DNA of 34,867 nt from a virus (taxonomy: Duplodnaviria; Caudoviricetes): positions 1 to 34,867 of the IMG/VR virus record IMGVR_UViG_3300022178_001225; one strand, written 5' to 3'. Within the stretch, counting starts at the first letter, position 1. Each line of letters starts with the position of its first letter. Position numbers and translations under genes: made by a program. Positions 33,816 through 34,867 of this stretch are shown piece after piece. The notes under the pieces were generated by a model that ran no database searches, had not been told where the DNA came from, and saw only the letters and a program-made list of their open reading frames with translations.

Positions 33816-34865
33816 TTATGTATTACATTGACAAAGTTTAAGTGTTTTAACTTCATCAGATAATTCTTGAATAGCCTTAACTAATACAGGAATTAGCTTA
33901 GATGGAGCCGCCTCAAGTTTGTCAGGGTTAGTTTTTAGAACTAGGTTCATAAGCTCTTCGACGCCAGCATCTTGTTGTGCTTCGTCTAATTCTTGAGCGA
34001 TAAACCCAGCTTCTTTTTGGCCTACCTTTGCACCATCGCGCATATTCCACGTAAACTCAACTGGGTTCAATGCGTTAATAAAATCTAAGCCAATCGGTAG
34101 TTCTTTGATGTCTTTCTTGTCTCTGCGATCTGACAGAGAAGATATGCTGGTAACTTGGCAACGTAACGCGCTGATGCTGCTTGGGCCTAACGTAATTTCG
34201 TTAGATACTGTAGCAGAACTAGCTTCGGCAGCATTTCCCAAAATTATGTTGTTGCTGCCTGTAGTCGTTGTGTAGCCTGCATCTGGGCCAACAAACACAT
34301 TGCTGGCACCTGTGGTAACTGAGCCTCCTGCTTCTTTGCCAAATGCAGCGTTGTTACTGGGTGTTGTAGCTCCGTCTAACGCGCCCTGACCGAATACTGT
34401 ATTGCCACTACCTGTTGTTAAAGCCGTACCAGCAAAGTGTCCAAACAAAGAAGAACTTCTGCCAGCGAAAGCATCACCCGTCCCATTTAACGCATACCCC
34501 GCCCGATACCCAACAGCGGTATTTTGAAAATTGCTGTTGGTTGTATTTAGAGCTTGATAGCCGAGCGCCGTATTTTGGTTGGCCGAGCCATCATCATTAG
34601 CTAGAGCACCTGTACCAAGACCAACAGTACCACCGGATGAGTTAGTGACGCCATCAGACAAGCCATCTATATCTGAAGCACCACCAGCAGCAGCCTCCCA
34701 GCCAGCTTCACCACTAGAATCTACGGTAAGGACGTAATTGTCCGTAGCAGTGCTGTCTTTAATGATGAAGTTAAGACCCGGTACTCTAAATTTAGTTACG
34801 CTGGTATTGCCTAGTGTAATTTCATTGCTGACGGTGGCAGATGAAGCGGCGGCATCGTGACCGAT
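33816..34865 (-). CDS. Tail fibre/spike with beta-roll repeats and C-terminal peptidase S74 chaperone, 5'-truncated
   Basis: Frame stays open from the window edge (IGHDAAASSATVSNEITLG...) through the track ORF; NTAxGxxA repeats; SDRRDKKDI...LNPVEFTW...GFIAQE...LIPVLVKAIQEL. Confidence 0.88.
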   Translation of the reverse strand: MGHDAAASSATVSNEITLGNTSVTKFRVPGLNFIIKDSTATDNYVLTVDSSGEAGWEAAAGGASDIDGLSDGVTNSSGGTVGLGTGALANDDGSANQNTALGYQALNTTNSNFQNTAVGYRAGYALNGTGDAFAGRSSSLFGHFAGTALTTGSGNTVFGQGALDGATTPSNNAAFGKEAGGSVTTGASNVFVGPDAGYTTTTGSNNIILGNAAEASSATVSNEITLGPSSISALRCQVTSISSLSDRRDKKDIKELPIGLDFINALNPVEFTWNMRDGAKVGQKEAGFIAQELDEAQQDAGVEELMNLVLKTNPDKLEAAPSKLIPVLVKAIQELSDEVKTLKLCQCNT

Positions 34866-34867
34866 AA

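Larger units (their letters stand above)
1..34867. mobile_element. Bacteriophage genome segment, podovirus-like, probably HMO-2011-type
   Basis: Dense phage gene set in two convergent arms meeting at 18497/18503; PolA with DnaJ-like zinc finger; integrase-primase-helicase order; class II RNR, ThyX, MazG; tail genes on the - strand; no host housekeeping genes. Confidence 0.88.

Overview
A 35-kb segment of a T7-supergroup, podovirus-like dsDNA phage genome, most consistent with the marine HMO-2011-type group. The main support is a family A DNA polymerase carrying a DnaJ-type CxxCxGxG zinc-finger insert and a tyrosine integrase directly upstream of separate primase and helicase genes; no RNA polymerase is in view. 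The left arm (+ strand, 1-18497) holds early accessory genes, integrase, replication genes, a tRNA-Arg(UCU) and nucleotide metabolism genes (ThyX, Zn-dependent deaminase, class II RNR, DUF3310, MazG). The right arm (- strand, 18503-34867, more AT-rich) holds probable internal virion proteins, a small holin-like gene, tail tubular proteins and tail fibres. Capsid, portal and terminase are not in the window. The standout non-coding element is a complete type II hammerhead ribozyme (about 618-694) between two early genes. It is predicted to cut 58 nt upstream of a DUF932-like gene that also has a strong 3' hairpin, suggesting an RNA-level processing cassette. Other notable items are a ribosome-modulation-factor-like gene next to MazG, an AT-rich palindrome between integrase and primase, a peptide motif shared by two early proteins, and several small ORFs missing from the ORF track. 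All calls are by eye from motifs; no database searches were run.
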